This document shows, in pieces, positions 19,985 to 29,168 of a DNA stretch of 64,000 nucleotides (position 1 is the first letter of the stretch; each line of letters opens with the position of its first letter). A model generated the notes under the pieces. It worked only from the letters and a program-made list of their open reading frames with translations, searched no databases and was not told the origin of the DNA. This DNA is from a virus (Duplodnaviria > Caudoviricetes). The DNA is taken from the IMG/VR virus record IMGVR_UViG_3300044675_005052; one strand, 5' to 3'. The position numbers and the translations under genes are program-made.

Positions 19985-20585
19985 TCAATTAAAGTCAGTT
20001 CAAGAATATTGTAAGTTAAACAATATTGAGGATGTAGATAATTTCATATCAAAATGTTTTACCGAAGGGTATAACATTAACAAATATGGGTTACTAGGTG
20101 GTGATTCAGAAAAAGTAATGGAGATTGAAGTAATAAAAGAAATACGGGTGGAAGTACCGGTTGAAGTTATTAAAGAAGTTGAGGTGGTTAAAGAAGTTAT
20201 TAAAGAAATAGTCAAGGAAGTTCCCGTTGAAACTATTAAAGAAGTTGAGGTTATCAAATATGTTGATAGAGAAGTTATTAAAGAAGTAAGAGTGGAAGTT
20301 CCTGTCCCAATTATAGATGAAATTGGGGGCAAACCTGAACCAATAATTGTGGAGAAAATAGTTGAGGTTGAGAAGATAGTTGAAGTAGAAAAGATTGTTG
20401 AGATTGAAAAACCAAACGATAAAGTATTACTTCTTCAAGAAACTTTACAGACACTTAAAAAAGAACTATCTTTGAAAAACACAAAGATTGAAGAACTTGA
20501 AAATAAAAATAAACAATTAGAATCTATTGCGGTTAATCAAAAAGCTGTATATTTGAAAGGTTCTAACTTAAATGAAACAATGTAA
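19962..20585 (+). CDS. Protein with VEVIKEV/EKIVEV charged repeats and C-terminal coiled coil
   Basis: Repeats EVPVEVIKEVEVVKEVIKEIVKEVPVE, EKIVEVEKIVEVEKIVE; start uncertain (GTG). Confidence 0.7.
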   Translation: MEVKLTTSQLKSVQEYCKLNNIEDVDNFISKCFTEGYNINKYGLLGGDSEKVMEIEVIKEIRVEVPVEVIKEVEVVKEVIKEIVKEVPVETIKEVEVIKYVDREVIKEVRVEVPVPIIDEIGGKPEPIIVEKIVEVEKIVEVEKIVEIEKPNDKVLLLQETLQTLKKELSLKNTKIEELENKNKQLESIAVNQKAVYLKGSNLNETM

Positions 20586-20586
20586 T

Positions 20587-20931
20587 ATGGTATTATTAAT
20601 TTGGTTACTAGCGGCATACGGAATGTCAAACATATTGGTCTATGGGTCAATATTTCAGGGATTAAGAAATTTTATAAAAGCGTGGGGTGAATCAGTATTA
20701 CCTTTCAATGGGTTGGCTAAATTCATTGGGGATTTACTATCTTGTATGATGTGTACATCAACTTGGGTTGGTTTTTTCTTTGGAATTGCTTATTATTCCC
20801 CATCAACATCTTTGATTGGAACACCGACTTGGATTGGATGGTTCTTTGATGGGTTGATAGCGTCAGGGTTTGTATGGTCATTCAACTCGATGGTAGAATG
20901 GTTTGAAGAAAATAGACCAACAAAAAATTAA
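20587..20931 (+). CDS. Membrane protein, DUF1360-like
   Basis: Three hydrophobic segments and LLSCMMCTSTW (CxxC-S-x-W); start moved to ATG 20587. Confidence 0.55.
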   Translation: MVLLIWLLAAYGMSNILVYGSIFQGLRNFIKAWGESVLPFNGLAKFIGDLLSCMMCTSTWVGFFFGIAYYSPSTSLIGTPTWIGWFFDGLIASGFVWSFNSMVEWFEENRPTKN

Positions 20932-20934
20932 GTT

Positions 20935-21462
20935 ATGGAAACTAAATTAGGTGATTTTGTAATTAAGTTTTTACAAGATAAAACAGAAACAAGAAAGATT
21001 ATCAAGTGTGATGACTTTTTTCAGTTAATAAATGATATGGGTATTACTGATGATAGTGATGAAATTATAAGTATTATTAATTATTTAGAAGAAAACAATA
21101 CAGATATTAACTTTCACGAAGCAAAAACTCAAAATTTTTACAATAGATTTAGAAATATTGAAAAAAAAGTTCAGATGTCTAAAATGTTAATAGGTTCTAA
21201 AACTGAAGTTCAAAAAATGATTGAGAAGGTTGAGAGTGTTAAAGTTCAAGAAAGACCGGATTGGTTAGATTATTATAAAAATGAGGACGATGAAGATGAA
21301 ACAAATGTTAATGGTATGCCAACATCAGATAGAGATAAAAATTTAGGTCAAGACATTATTGATAGACTGACTAGTGAGGTTAAGGAACGAATTGATAATG
21401 AACCGGGAATAACGTTAGAAGAAATACGAGAACAAATGAATAACGAAATAAATAACAATTAA
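20935..21462 (+). CDS. Hypothetical protein
   Basis: 175-aa ORF in operon. Confidence 0.65.
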   Translation: METKLGDFVIKFLQDKTETRKIIKCDDFFQLINDMGITDDSDEIISIINYLEENNTDINFHEAKTQNFYNRFRNIEKKVQMSKMLIGSKTEVQKMIEKVESVKVQERPDWLDYYKNEDDEDETNVNGMPTSDRDKNLGQDIIDRLTSEVKERIDNEPGITLEEIREQMNNEINNN

Positions 21463-21474
21463 ATAAATACAATT

Positions 21475-21747
21475 ATGCCAAAGTCAAAATTACGTGGTGG
21501 TGCAAAGGCACACAAATTAAGAGTTGCAACAAGAAACAATGCGCTTAGAGGATTAAGAAAAAGAGCTCAAGCCGAGTATCAAGAAATGTTTGAAAAACAA
21601 ATGGAAGAAATGAAAGCTCAATACCAAAATGAAAATGGTGAAATGGTGGATTTAAATACTGAAGTTGTTAGTGGTGATGTAATTGTTGGTGAAACAACTG
21701 ACATTAACGTAACAGATGCTGAAGTTGTAACACCTGAAACTGTTTAG
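21475..21747 (+). CDS. Hypothetical protein (basic N-terminus, acidic C-terminus)
   Basis: 90 aa; MPKSKLRGGAKAHKLR start. Confidence 0.65.
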   Translation: MPKSKLRGGAKAHKLRVATRNNALRGLRKRAQAEYQEMFEKQMEEMKAQYQNENGEMVDLNTEVVSGDVIVGETTDINVTDAEVVTPETV

Positions 21748-21774
21748 ACATTCGTTAGACATTTTTTAGACATT
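21744..21774 (+). repeat. Three direct repeats of TTAGACATT at 11-bp period
   Basis: Copies at 21744-21752, 21755-21763 and 21766-21774, filling the gap before sbcC. Confidence 0.85.
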
Positions 21775-21780
21775 CAACCA

Positions 21781-24150
21781 ATGGATTTATTCAATCCCCC
21801 CATAGAATTTAATTACACAATAATGATAAAAGATTTAGATATCACAAGTTTTGATAATCCTTACCTACAGATTGTATGGGAGGACTATGCTGAAAACTTT
21901 ACACAAGAAAAAATAAAAAGTGTTCGTCATTACTTTCAAAAGAAGTACAACACAACCAATGTTAATGTTATTACAAAGACAAAGGTTGCTGACGACACCA
22001 CACATACCGTAGACATATCCTTTAACATCTTGGATGAGAACTATCAATTAGAATTAGTTCGTTCATTCTTGGAGTCAAAAGGGAATATGGAACACTACGA
22101 TGATATCTACCAACTTAATAGTATTGTGGATAATAAATTGTTACAAACTCAAACTGATGCGGCTCCATTTAAGAGATGGTATATTAAGAACATTGAGTTC
22201 TCAAACTTTTTATCCTATGGTGAGAATCAGAAGATAGATTTTGAGAAGTGTGATGGGATTACGGTTGTGGAATCAAACCCGCCTAACTTTGGGGGTAAGA
22301 CAGTTTTGACTGTGGATTTATTGATGTTCTTATTCTTTAATGAGACAACCAAGACATCCAAAGCGGAGGAAATATTTAACAGGTTTACAGAAAGAAACAA
22401 AGTTGCCGTAAAAGGTGAGATAACAATCGATGGTGAGGAGTACATCATATTGAGAAATATTGAGAGAAAGTTATCAAAGAAAAATGAATGGAACGTTAAA
22501 ACCGAGTTGGACTTTTATAAAAGATTGTCTGATGGTAGTTTACAAAACTTCACCGGAGAACAACGAAGAGAGACCGAGGCGTTTATCAAAACGTCTATCG
22601 GAACCAAAGAGGACTTCTTAATGACCATTCTAACAACTGCCACCAACTTGGAGGAACTAATTGATGCCAAACCTACGGCGAGGGGTCAAGTTCTTTCAAG
22701 GTTTATGGGGTTAGATTTTCTTAAACGTAAGGAAGAAGCCGCCAAAGAAATTTATAGTGACTTCTCAAAAGGGATGTTATCGAACATCTATAACTCGGAA
22801 CAACTTAAAACTGACAACCAAACTAATCAAGAAACCATTGATACCCTAACGGAAACTAATCTTACGTTAGATACTCAATTGGAAGACGTTAAAGGTAGAA
22901 TTGTTAAGGGTCAGGAGTATCGTGATGGATTATTAAAATCCAAACACAACATTGATAAGGAACTAACACTAGTGTCTCCGGACAAAGTTCAAGAGGAGAT
23001 TAATGGATTGGATTTACAAAAGGGTAAAGCCATTTCCGATAGAGATGGGGTTAAGGTTATTGAACCATCTGAATTTTACCACGAGGACAAACACGATGAG
23101 GTAAAACAAGAGATTAAGGACTTGATTACCAAACAAGCGGAGAACAATGCAAAGATTAAAAGCATCGAAGAACTTAAGAGTTCTGTTGATGGTGGAATCA
23201 AATGTGAACATTGTGGTATTGAACTGATGAACGCGGCTATAACCAACGCAAAAATTGGTGAACTTGCCGGATTTATCACTCATAAAGACGAATTAGAGGG
23301 GTTAATGAGTGAATTAACCAACAAAGAAGAAGGTTTTGTTAATCTTAAAAAAGAGTTTGATGAGTATGAAAAAAACAAACTTATCAAAGAGAAATATGAA
23401 TTAAGTGTTGAACGTTTCCAATTGATGATTGATTCATTGAAAACCAAATTGGAAAGATATTCTGAAGTTCAGGATAAGATTGTGGAAAACAATAAGACTG
23501 ACGGGTTATTAATTAAAGCGGGAATCAGAATTGATGAACTTGAGGGTGAGAAGAAAACTATTGAAACTAGTATCTCAAACAATAAGTTCACCATTAAAAC
23601 TCTAACCGATAAAATTAGTTCTAATTTGGAAACAATTAGAAAAATAGCGGAAGAGGCTGAAAGAGAAAGAATATACAAAATCTATTTGGAGATATTCGGT
23701 AAGAATGGGGTGACTAAACTTATAATGAAAACAATGATGCCACTTATTAATAGTGAACTTCAACGATTGTTAGAAGATAGTTGTCACTTCAGATTAGAGG
23801 TTAAAATTAATGACAAGAATGAGGTTGACTTCCTTATGATTGATAACAATACCCAAGTTGAGAAACCAATGTCTTCCGGTTCAGGATATGAAAGAACAAT
23901 TGCATCACTAGCGTTAAGAGCGGTATTAAGTAAGATATGTTCATTACCAAGAGCAAATGTTGTTGTCTTTGATGAGGTTTTTGGAAAGATATCAAACGAT
24001 AATTTGGAGATGGTATCAGAGTTCTTCACCAAGATTAAAGAATACTTTGAGAAGATATTTGTAATTACACATAATCCACTAGTGACGAATTGGTCGGATA
24101 ATGTAGTAAGAATTAGAAAAGAAGAGAATATAAGTTATGTTTCTCAATAA
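21781..24150 (+). CDS. sbcC: SbcC/Rad50-like SMC ATPase with extra N-terminal domain
   Basis: IKNIEFSNFLSYG, variant Walker A SNPPNFGGKT, CEHC zinc hook within coiled coil, SSGSGYE signature, VVFDEVF Walker B, ITHN H-loop. Confidence 0.9.
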   Translation: MDLFNPPIEFNYTIMIKDLDITSFDNPYLQIVWEDYAENFTQEKIKSVRHYFQKKYNTTNVNVITKTKVADDTTHTVDISFNILDENYQLELVRSFLESKGNMEHYDDIYQLNSIVDNKLLQTQTDAAPFKRWYIKNIEFSNFLSYGENQKIDFEKCDGITVVESNPPNFGGKTVLTVDLLMFLFFNETTKTSKAEEIFNRFTERNKVAVKGEITIDGEEYIILRNIERKLSKKNEWNVKTELDFYKRLSDGSLQNFTGEQRRETEAFIKTSIGTKEDFLMTILTTATNLEELIDAKPTARGQVLSRFMGLDFLKRKEEAAKEIYSDFSKGMLSNIYNSEQLKTDNQTNQETIDTLTETNLTLDTQLEDVKGRIVKGQEYRDGLLKSKHNIDKELTLVSPDKVQEEINGLDLQKGKAISDRDGVKVIEPSEFYHEDKHDEVKQEIKDLITKQAENNAKIKSIEELKSSVDGGIKCEHCGIELMNAAITNAKIGELAGFITHKDELEGLMSELTNKEEGFVNLKKEFDEYEKNKLIKEKYELSVERFQLMIDSLKTKLERYSEVQDKIVENNKTDGLLIKAGIRIDELEGEKKTIETSISNNKFTIKTLTDKISSNLETIRKIAEEAERERIYKIYLEIFGKNGVTKLIMKTMMPLINSELQRLLEDSCHFRLEVKINDKNEVDFLMIDNNTQVEKPMSSGSGYERTIASLALRAVLSKICSLPRANVVVFDEVFGKISNDNLEMVSEFFTKIKEYFEKIFVITHNPLVTNWSDNVVRIRKEENISYVSQ

Positions 24151-24187
24151 AAATAATACCTATCAACAGTTGATAGGTATTATTTTT
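24149..24187. terminator. Perfect 19-bp inverted repeat (terminator-like) at the left edge of the R-M insert
   Basis: AAAAATAATACCTATCAAC-a-GTTGATAGGTATTATTTTT followed by T tract. Confidence 0.8.
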
Positions 24188-24215
24188 TTGTCTATTTTTT
24201 TAAAAAAATAATAAT

Positions 24216-24806
24216 ATGAATTATAAAGAAGTTGAAAATATTTTAAATCAATATAATGATTGGGATATTTTGATAGTTAGTGATGATGGTAGGAGGAATT
24301 CTCAAGATAGTGAAGAAGAGATTTGTAAAAAAATTAATGAAAGATTAAAACTTACTAAAATAAAAACACGCAATAGGGAAGAAAATGATTTATATATTTC
24401 AAATGGTGAAGATTTAAAATGTGTAGAGCCGGGTAATTTCACGAATACAATTTGTTTTACTAAATTAGCTAAGATGTTAAATTTAGACGGTACAACTAAT
24501 AAATTGATATCTAAATCGTATAAGGATAAAAAAAATAAAAATGAGATTAAATTAGTTAGTGATTATCAAATTGTTTTTTTTAATAAACAAACAAAAAAAT
24601 TTTTAATTTGTTCTTTAACTCAATTACCTTTAGATTGTATAATAGTTAATCCGTCTAATGGAATACAAACTAAAATACCAACAATTTCATTAATTGAAAG
24701 AACTAACGAAGAAAAATTTAATTTAGTTCATAATCTATTTATTGAATATATAAATAAACGAATTTTAAATCCTGCTAAAGAGTGGGAAAATTTAATTAAT
24801 GGTTAA
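24216..24806 (+). CDS. Putative type II restriction endonuclease
   Basis: DGRRNSQDSEEEI, D...EDLK (PD-D/ExK-like) and NPSNGIQ motifs; overlaps the MTase by 8 nt; very AT-rich. Confidence 0.5.
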   Translation: MNYKEVENILNQYNDWDILIVSDDGRRNSQDSEEEICKKINERLKLTKIKTRNREENDLYISNGEDLKCVEPGNFTNTICFTKLAKMLNLDGTTNKLISKSYKDKKNKNEIKLVSDYQIVFFNKQTKKFLICSLTQLPLDCIIVNPSNGIQTKIPTISLIERTNEEKFNLVHNLFIEYINKRILNPAKEWENLING

Positions 24807-26067
24807 TAATTTAAAAAAAAGTAGGGGACAATTTTTCACAACAAAAAATAGAGTTTTAAATGTGTTAATTAGTTTAATAAAAAATGATGGTAGTGTATTG
24901 GAACCATCTGCGGGTGAGGGTCATATTGTTTTAGAGATTGAAAAAAAATTAAATAGAAATGTCTTATCAGTGGAGTTAGATGTTGATAAGGTTAATTCTA
25001 AAGTATGTAAATCTGAAATAAGTGTTGATAATTTTTTTAATTTTATAAAAACTTGTGGAACATTTGATTCAATCGTTGGTAACCCACCTTTTGTTAAACT
25101 AAAAAATGTTGAACAAGACACTATTGATTTGTTACCGGAAAAAATTCCTGGTAATGGAAATTTATATTATTTTTTTATTAAGTATTGTGTTAATTTATTA
25201 TCTGATGGAGGGGAGTTAATATTTATTGTTCCGAAAGAATGGTTATATAATGTGAGTTCTAAATTTGTGAGAGAATTTTTAAAAGACAATGGTAATTTTT
25301 CACATTTCATTGATTGCGGTGAAGAAAAATTATTTGATGATGCTGATGTACCTGCCTTATGTATTTTTAGGTATGTTAAAAATTATAGTGGTGATTTTAA
25401 ATATTATGAAACATTGGATGATTATAGTTTAGATAAATTTGTAAATAAAAAAGTAGTATATAATAATACTATTTCTTTTTGTAATGAAATCCGAACAGGA
25501 AATACAATTTCTGATTTTTTTGATGTTAAAGTTGGTTTAGTTACCGGAGCGGAAAAAATATTTAAACTAAATAATAATATTGATTTACCGGATAATTCAA
25601 TAATTCAAATCATTGGTACAAATAAGGAAGTTTCTAATTATCTTTTTGTGGATAATTATGATGTTTTTGGTGAATTATCTGAAGAAGTAAAAAATTATCT
25701 TACACCTCATAAAGAAAAATTAATTAAAAGAAAAATTAGTAATTTTACTGAAAAAAATTGGTGGAAATATGGTGCTCTCCGTAATTTTAATTTAATGAAA
25801 TCGAATAAAAAAAGAATTTATGGTATTATGAAAACTAGAGATACTCATATTTTTTGGGTAGGAAATGTTAATGAATTTTTTGGTGGTGGTATTATAGGTT
25901 TATTTTTAAAAGATAATATTGATATAAATTTAGATAACGCGGTGAATTTTTTAAACTCAAATGAGTTTAGAAATATTATGAAAGAAAATAATATGTGTTC
26001 AAATAATAAAGTTTCAATTACTCCTTCAGTTTTATCTAGTTTACCATTTACAAATTTAGATAATTAA
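24799..26067 (+). CDS. N6-adenine DNA methyltransferase (gamma class, Eco57I/TaqI-like)
   Basis: GQFFT, VLEPSAGEG (motif I), IVGNPPF (motif IV), NLYYFF, LIFIVP. Confidence 0.9.
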   Translation: MVNNLKKSRGQFFTTKNRVLNVLISLIKNDGSVLEPSAGEGHIVLEIEKKLNRNVLSVELDVDKVNSKVCKSEISVDNFFNFIKTCGTFDSIVGNPPFVKLKNVEQDTIDLLPEKIPGNGNLYYFFIKYCVNLLSDGGELIFIVPKEWLYNVSSKFVREFLKDNGNFSHFIDCGEEKLFDDADVPALCIFRYVKNYSGDFKYYETLDDYSLDKFVNKKVVYNNTISFCNEIRTGNTISDFFDVKVGLVTGAEKIFKLNNNIDLPDNSIIQIIGTNKEVSNYLFVDNYDVFGELSEEVKNYLTPHKEKLIKRKISNFTEKNWWKYGALRNFNLMKSNKKRIYGIMKTRDTHIFWVGNVNEFFGGGIIGLFLKDNIDINLDNAVNFLNSNEFRNIMKENNMCSNNKVSITPSVLSSLPFTNLDN

Positions 26068-26069
26068 AA

Positions 26070-26597
26070 ATGAAACAATTAAACTATAAAAGAAAGGGGG
26101 AGGTTCATTCTCCTCTCCTTTATTGGACTACTGACGATAGAACCTCCATAGCTATCTATCAGGGTGTAAGGGGTGAGAATCCGGAACTTGACTTTATTGT
26201 GAAATATAAGGAAGAGGGTAAAAGATTGAGAACTCCATCACATACACATTGGATTGTTGATTTATTGGTTAAGGCTGAACACAATAAAGAATTATTATTA
26301 TCTTATGTTAATAATTTGATTTTGATTTATGAAAACTCTGAACCATTTAATTGTGTTGAAGAAAGAGATACTTATGAATTAAGACATAATTATGTTATGG
26401 ATTTAAGGTATAATGAGTTAAATGGTTGTGGGTACTACAGTATTTCTACTTTGACGGCATTTATTGAGTTATTTTCAATTTGTGAAAAACAAACAACCGG
26501 GGCGTTTATGTTCAAAGGGTTACTTGAAATGGTTAAAGAATATTGTGAAGGGAAAAAAGATTTTTACCAAATAGTTGGTTATTCCAAAAGAGTTTAG
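26070..26597 (+). CDS. Hypothetical protein downstream of the MTase (possibly R-M associated)
   Basis: 175 aa; TPSHTHWIVDL motif; 2 nt after the MTase stop. Confidence 0.65.
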   Translation: MKQLNYKRKGEVHSPLLYWTTDDRTSIAIYQGVRGENPELDFIVKYKEEGKRLRTPSHTHWIVDLLVKAEHNKELLLSYVNNLILIYENSEPFNCVEERDTYELRHNYVMDLRYNELNGCGYYSISTLTAFIELFSICEKQTTGAFMFKGLLEMVKEYCEGKKDFYQIVGYSKRV

Positions 26598-26635
26598 TAC
26601 TTTTGTAACATAATTTAAATTTAAACGTATAACGT

Positions 26636-27211
26636 ATGGATGGTTTAACCAAATACATTTTATTTGTCTTTGCAAAAAATGACAACCCAAAAGAATTTAC
26701 AGAACAAATCGCGGAAGAATTATGTGTTATTTCCGACACACCCAATCTTAACTTTTATTTCGGACCGGAGTCATCTGTGTTCACAATCTCAACATTAGAT
26801 TCCTATGAGGATGTAAAAGATTATGTTGATATGGTTTTAGGTGTTGGCGATATTATGTATGTTTTATTACCTTACACATCTGACAAATTGTCATATGGAT
26901 TACCTGAAAAAATATCTAAACATCTTTTTAATGATGGTATTAGTGACTTTATGTCAGGAAAATCTAACAATTCAGAACCAAATGAATTTGAGGTGCGAAA
27001 AATGATACAAGACAAAATCCGAGATACTTTTAATTTAAACATTGAAAATTTTGATTTTGAATATGATGAAGATGAATGGTCTGACATTGATGAAATTAAA
27101 AACAAACAACGTAGTCCATCTTTAGATGAATTATTAGAAAAGATTAAAGAAAAAGGATTAAATTCACTAACTGAAAAAGAATTAATATATTTAAACAAAT
27201 ACTCAAATTAA
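26636..27211 (+). CDS. Hypothetical protein with C-terminal DUF6576-like motif
   Basis: Ends SLDELLEKIKEKGLNSLTEKELIYL. Confidence 0.6.
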   Translation: MDGLTKYILFVFAKNDNPKEFTEQIAEELCVISDTPNLNFYFGPESSVFTISTLDSYEDVKDYVDMVLGVGDIMYVLLPYTSDKLSYGLPEKISKHLFNDGISDFMSGKSNNSEPNEFEVRKMIQDKIRDTFNLNIENFDFEYDEDEWSDIDEIKNKQRSPSLDELLEKIKEKGLNSLTEKELIYLNKYSN

Positions 27212-27212
27212 T

Positions 27213-28013
27213 ATGAAAGAAAAAAATTCCGGTATTCCAATTAATCAAGAAGAGATTCAATTATATCTAAAAGATATTCGTAAGATTAAAGTGATGACCC
27301 CTGAAAGAGAACGTGAGTTATCTAAATTGATTACCTCGGGTACTCTAACAGAGAATGAGATTAAGGCGATTAATAAAGAATTATTAGAAGGTAATTTACG
27401 TTTTGTTATTACGGTGGCAAAACAATATCAAAATCAAGGATTGGATTTCCCTGATTTAATTGCCGAAGGTAATTTAGGTTTAATGAAAGCCATCAACAAT
27501 TTTGATTGGTCCAAGAATTTACGTTTTATTTCCTATGCGGTGTGGTGGGTTAAACAATCAATCCTCCAATCGTTGAATGACAACGCCCGTACAATCCGAC
27601 TACCAGTTAATGTGGTACAGGATTTACATAGAGCTAAAAAAGAAATTGAATCTAATGGTGGTAAGTTAGATGATAAGTTCCAAAATCTACCTTCAATGAT
27701 TGATTTAGATATGAATATCAATGAAGATGGTGATACTCTTGTTGATATTATTAAAAATGAAGGTGCTGATATGCCTGATGAAGCATTTAATGGTAAAGAT
27801 TTATTAAAAGCAAAATTAATCTCTTTATTAAATGTTTTAGATGAACGTGAAAAAGTTATTGTTGAGGACTATTTCGGGTTAACCGGAACACAGAGAACCC
27901 TCGAAGATATTGGTGGTGATTTTAATCTGACTAAAGAACGGGTTAGACAAATAAAGGAAAAGGCCTTAAGAAAATTAAGGAATGACTGCTCGGTATTGTT
28001 TGATTATATGTAA
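27213..28013 (+). CDS. rpoD: Sigma-70 family RNA polymerase sigma factor, close to the Bacteroidota primary sigma
   Basis: YLKDI, NLRFVITVAKQYQNQGL..DLIAEGNLGLMKA, FISYAVWWVKQSI, RTIRLP, region 4 TLEDIG..FNLTKERVRQIKEKALRKLR. Confidence 0.92.
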   Translation: MKEKNSGIPINQEEIQLYLKDIRKIKVMTPERERELSKLITSGTLTENEIKAINKELLEGNLRFVITVAKQYQNQGLDFPDLIAEGNLGLMKAINNFDWSKNLRFISYAVWWVKQSILQSLNDNARTIRLPVNVVQDLHRAKKEIESNGGKLDDKFQNLPSMIDLDMNINEDGDTLVDIIKNEGADMPDEAFNGKDLLKAKLISLLNVLDEREKVIVEDYFGLTGTQRTLEDIGGDFNLTKERVRQIKEKALRKLRNDCSVLFDYM

Positions 28014-28022
28014 AAATGTTAG

Positions 28023-28054
28023 AACCTTCTATTTATTATAATAGAAGGTTTTTT
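28023..28054 (+). terminator. Terminator hairpin overlapping a late TATTTAT motif
   Basis: AACCTTCTAT-ttattata-ATAGAAGGTT plus T tract; TATTTAT at 28030-28036 precedes the lysis-like operon. Confidence 0.7.
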
Positions 28055-28083
28055 ACTTTTATGATAAAACTAATACAAAAATT

Positions 28084-28356
28084 ATGAAAGCAATATTAAA
28101 TTTTATTGATGTATGGGGAAACAGAATTATGTTTTTCTTAATTATTATCGTGTTCTTTAAAACTTGTACCACTAATGGTAGAGTAGATAAAGTGACAAAA
28201 AAAGTTGATACTTTAGAAGTTAAAATAACTAAAGAAATCAAAATTGAAGGATTAAAATCTGAAAAAAGAATGATTCAAGCGACGGATAGAAAAATTATGG
28301 ATGTTAACAGACAATCAGAGATTGATAAAGAGATAACTAAAATCACAAATGATTAA
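28084..28356 (+). CDS. Membrane-anchored small protein (holin/antiholin-like candidate)
   Basis: N-terminal TM (IMFFLIIIVFF) plus charged tail; first gene of lysis-like cluster. Confidence 0.55.
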   Translation: MKAILNFIDVWGNRIMFFLIIIVFFKTCTTNGRVDKVTKKVDTLEVKITKEIKIEGLKSEKRMIQATDRKIMDVNRQSEIDKEITKITND

Positions 28357-29137
28357 GTCAATAATAAGTTGGGTTAAAGAACATCCGGTAAGAGCAATGT
28401 TCTTAATCCCGATACTTTTAGTTGCGGGTATCTCAATATCTCACGTTGTGTCTTGGTATGATTTAACAAATCCAATTAGTTGGGCTATATACTTATCAAT
28501 AGCTATTGAAGTTGGTGCTATGACCGCATTGGTTGCTGCAACAAACAGAATTAAAGGTGGTGTATGGTTTATGTTCGGATTAGTAACCTTTATACAAATG
28601 ATTGGTAATATCTTCTTTTCATTTAAAGAAATTGATGTTAACGGGGATTTATTTAAATCTTGGGTTGAACTAACTTCACCTGTTTGGGAAATGTTAGGTT
28701 CTGATATCAATGACGTTGTATCTCAAAAAAGATGGTTAGCGTTTTTAGGTGGAGGGTTACTTCCAATCATTTCATTGACATCATTACACTTTTTTGTAAA
28801 ATATGACGAATTAACCAAAGAAAGTGACGACGAAATTAAAACCATTGAGGTTGAAGTCATTAAGGAAGTTGAAAAAATTGTTGAAGTCCCGGTAGAAGTT
28901 ATAAAGGAAGTTGAAAAAATAGTTGAGGTAATCAAAGAAATTGAAGTTCCGGTAGAAGTAATTAAGGAAGTTGAAAAAATAGTTGAGGTTGAGAAGATTG
29001 TTGAAGTACCCGTTGAGGTTGTTAAAGAAATTATAGTAACCAATCAACAACCAATGAATGTTAATTACGCGGATTCGACAACTACAACAACAACTAATGA
29101 TGGTCTTGTTAGATTAAGTTATGTAAAAAATACCTAA
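28349..29137 (+). CDS. Multi-TM membrane protein with EKIVEVP/VEVIKEV repeats
   Basis: About four hydrophobic helices followed by tandem VEVIKEVEKIVEVP repeats and poly-Thr. Confidence 0.7.
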   Translation: MIKSIISWVKEHPVRAMFLIPILLVAGISISHVVSWYDLTNPISWAIYLSIAIEVGAMTALVAATNRIKGGVWFMFGLVTFIQMIGNIFFSFKEIDVNGDLFKSWVELTSPVWEMLGSDINDVVSQKRWLAFLGGGLLPIISLTSLHFFVKYDELTKESDDEIKTIEVEVIKEVEKIVEVPVEVIKEVEKIVEVIKEIEVPVEVIKEVEKIVEVEKIVEVPVEVVKEIIVTNQQPMNVNYADSTTTTTTNDGLVRLSYVKNT

Positions 29138-29168
29138 CATAATTAAATAAACTTGAAAGTTATGGGTT

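Noticed and set aside
20000-20332. Thr/Ser-rich antisense ORFs (also 28723-29050)
   Set aside because: Reverse complement of the VEVIKE repeat coding sequence.
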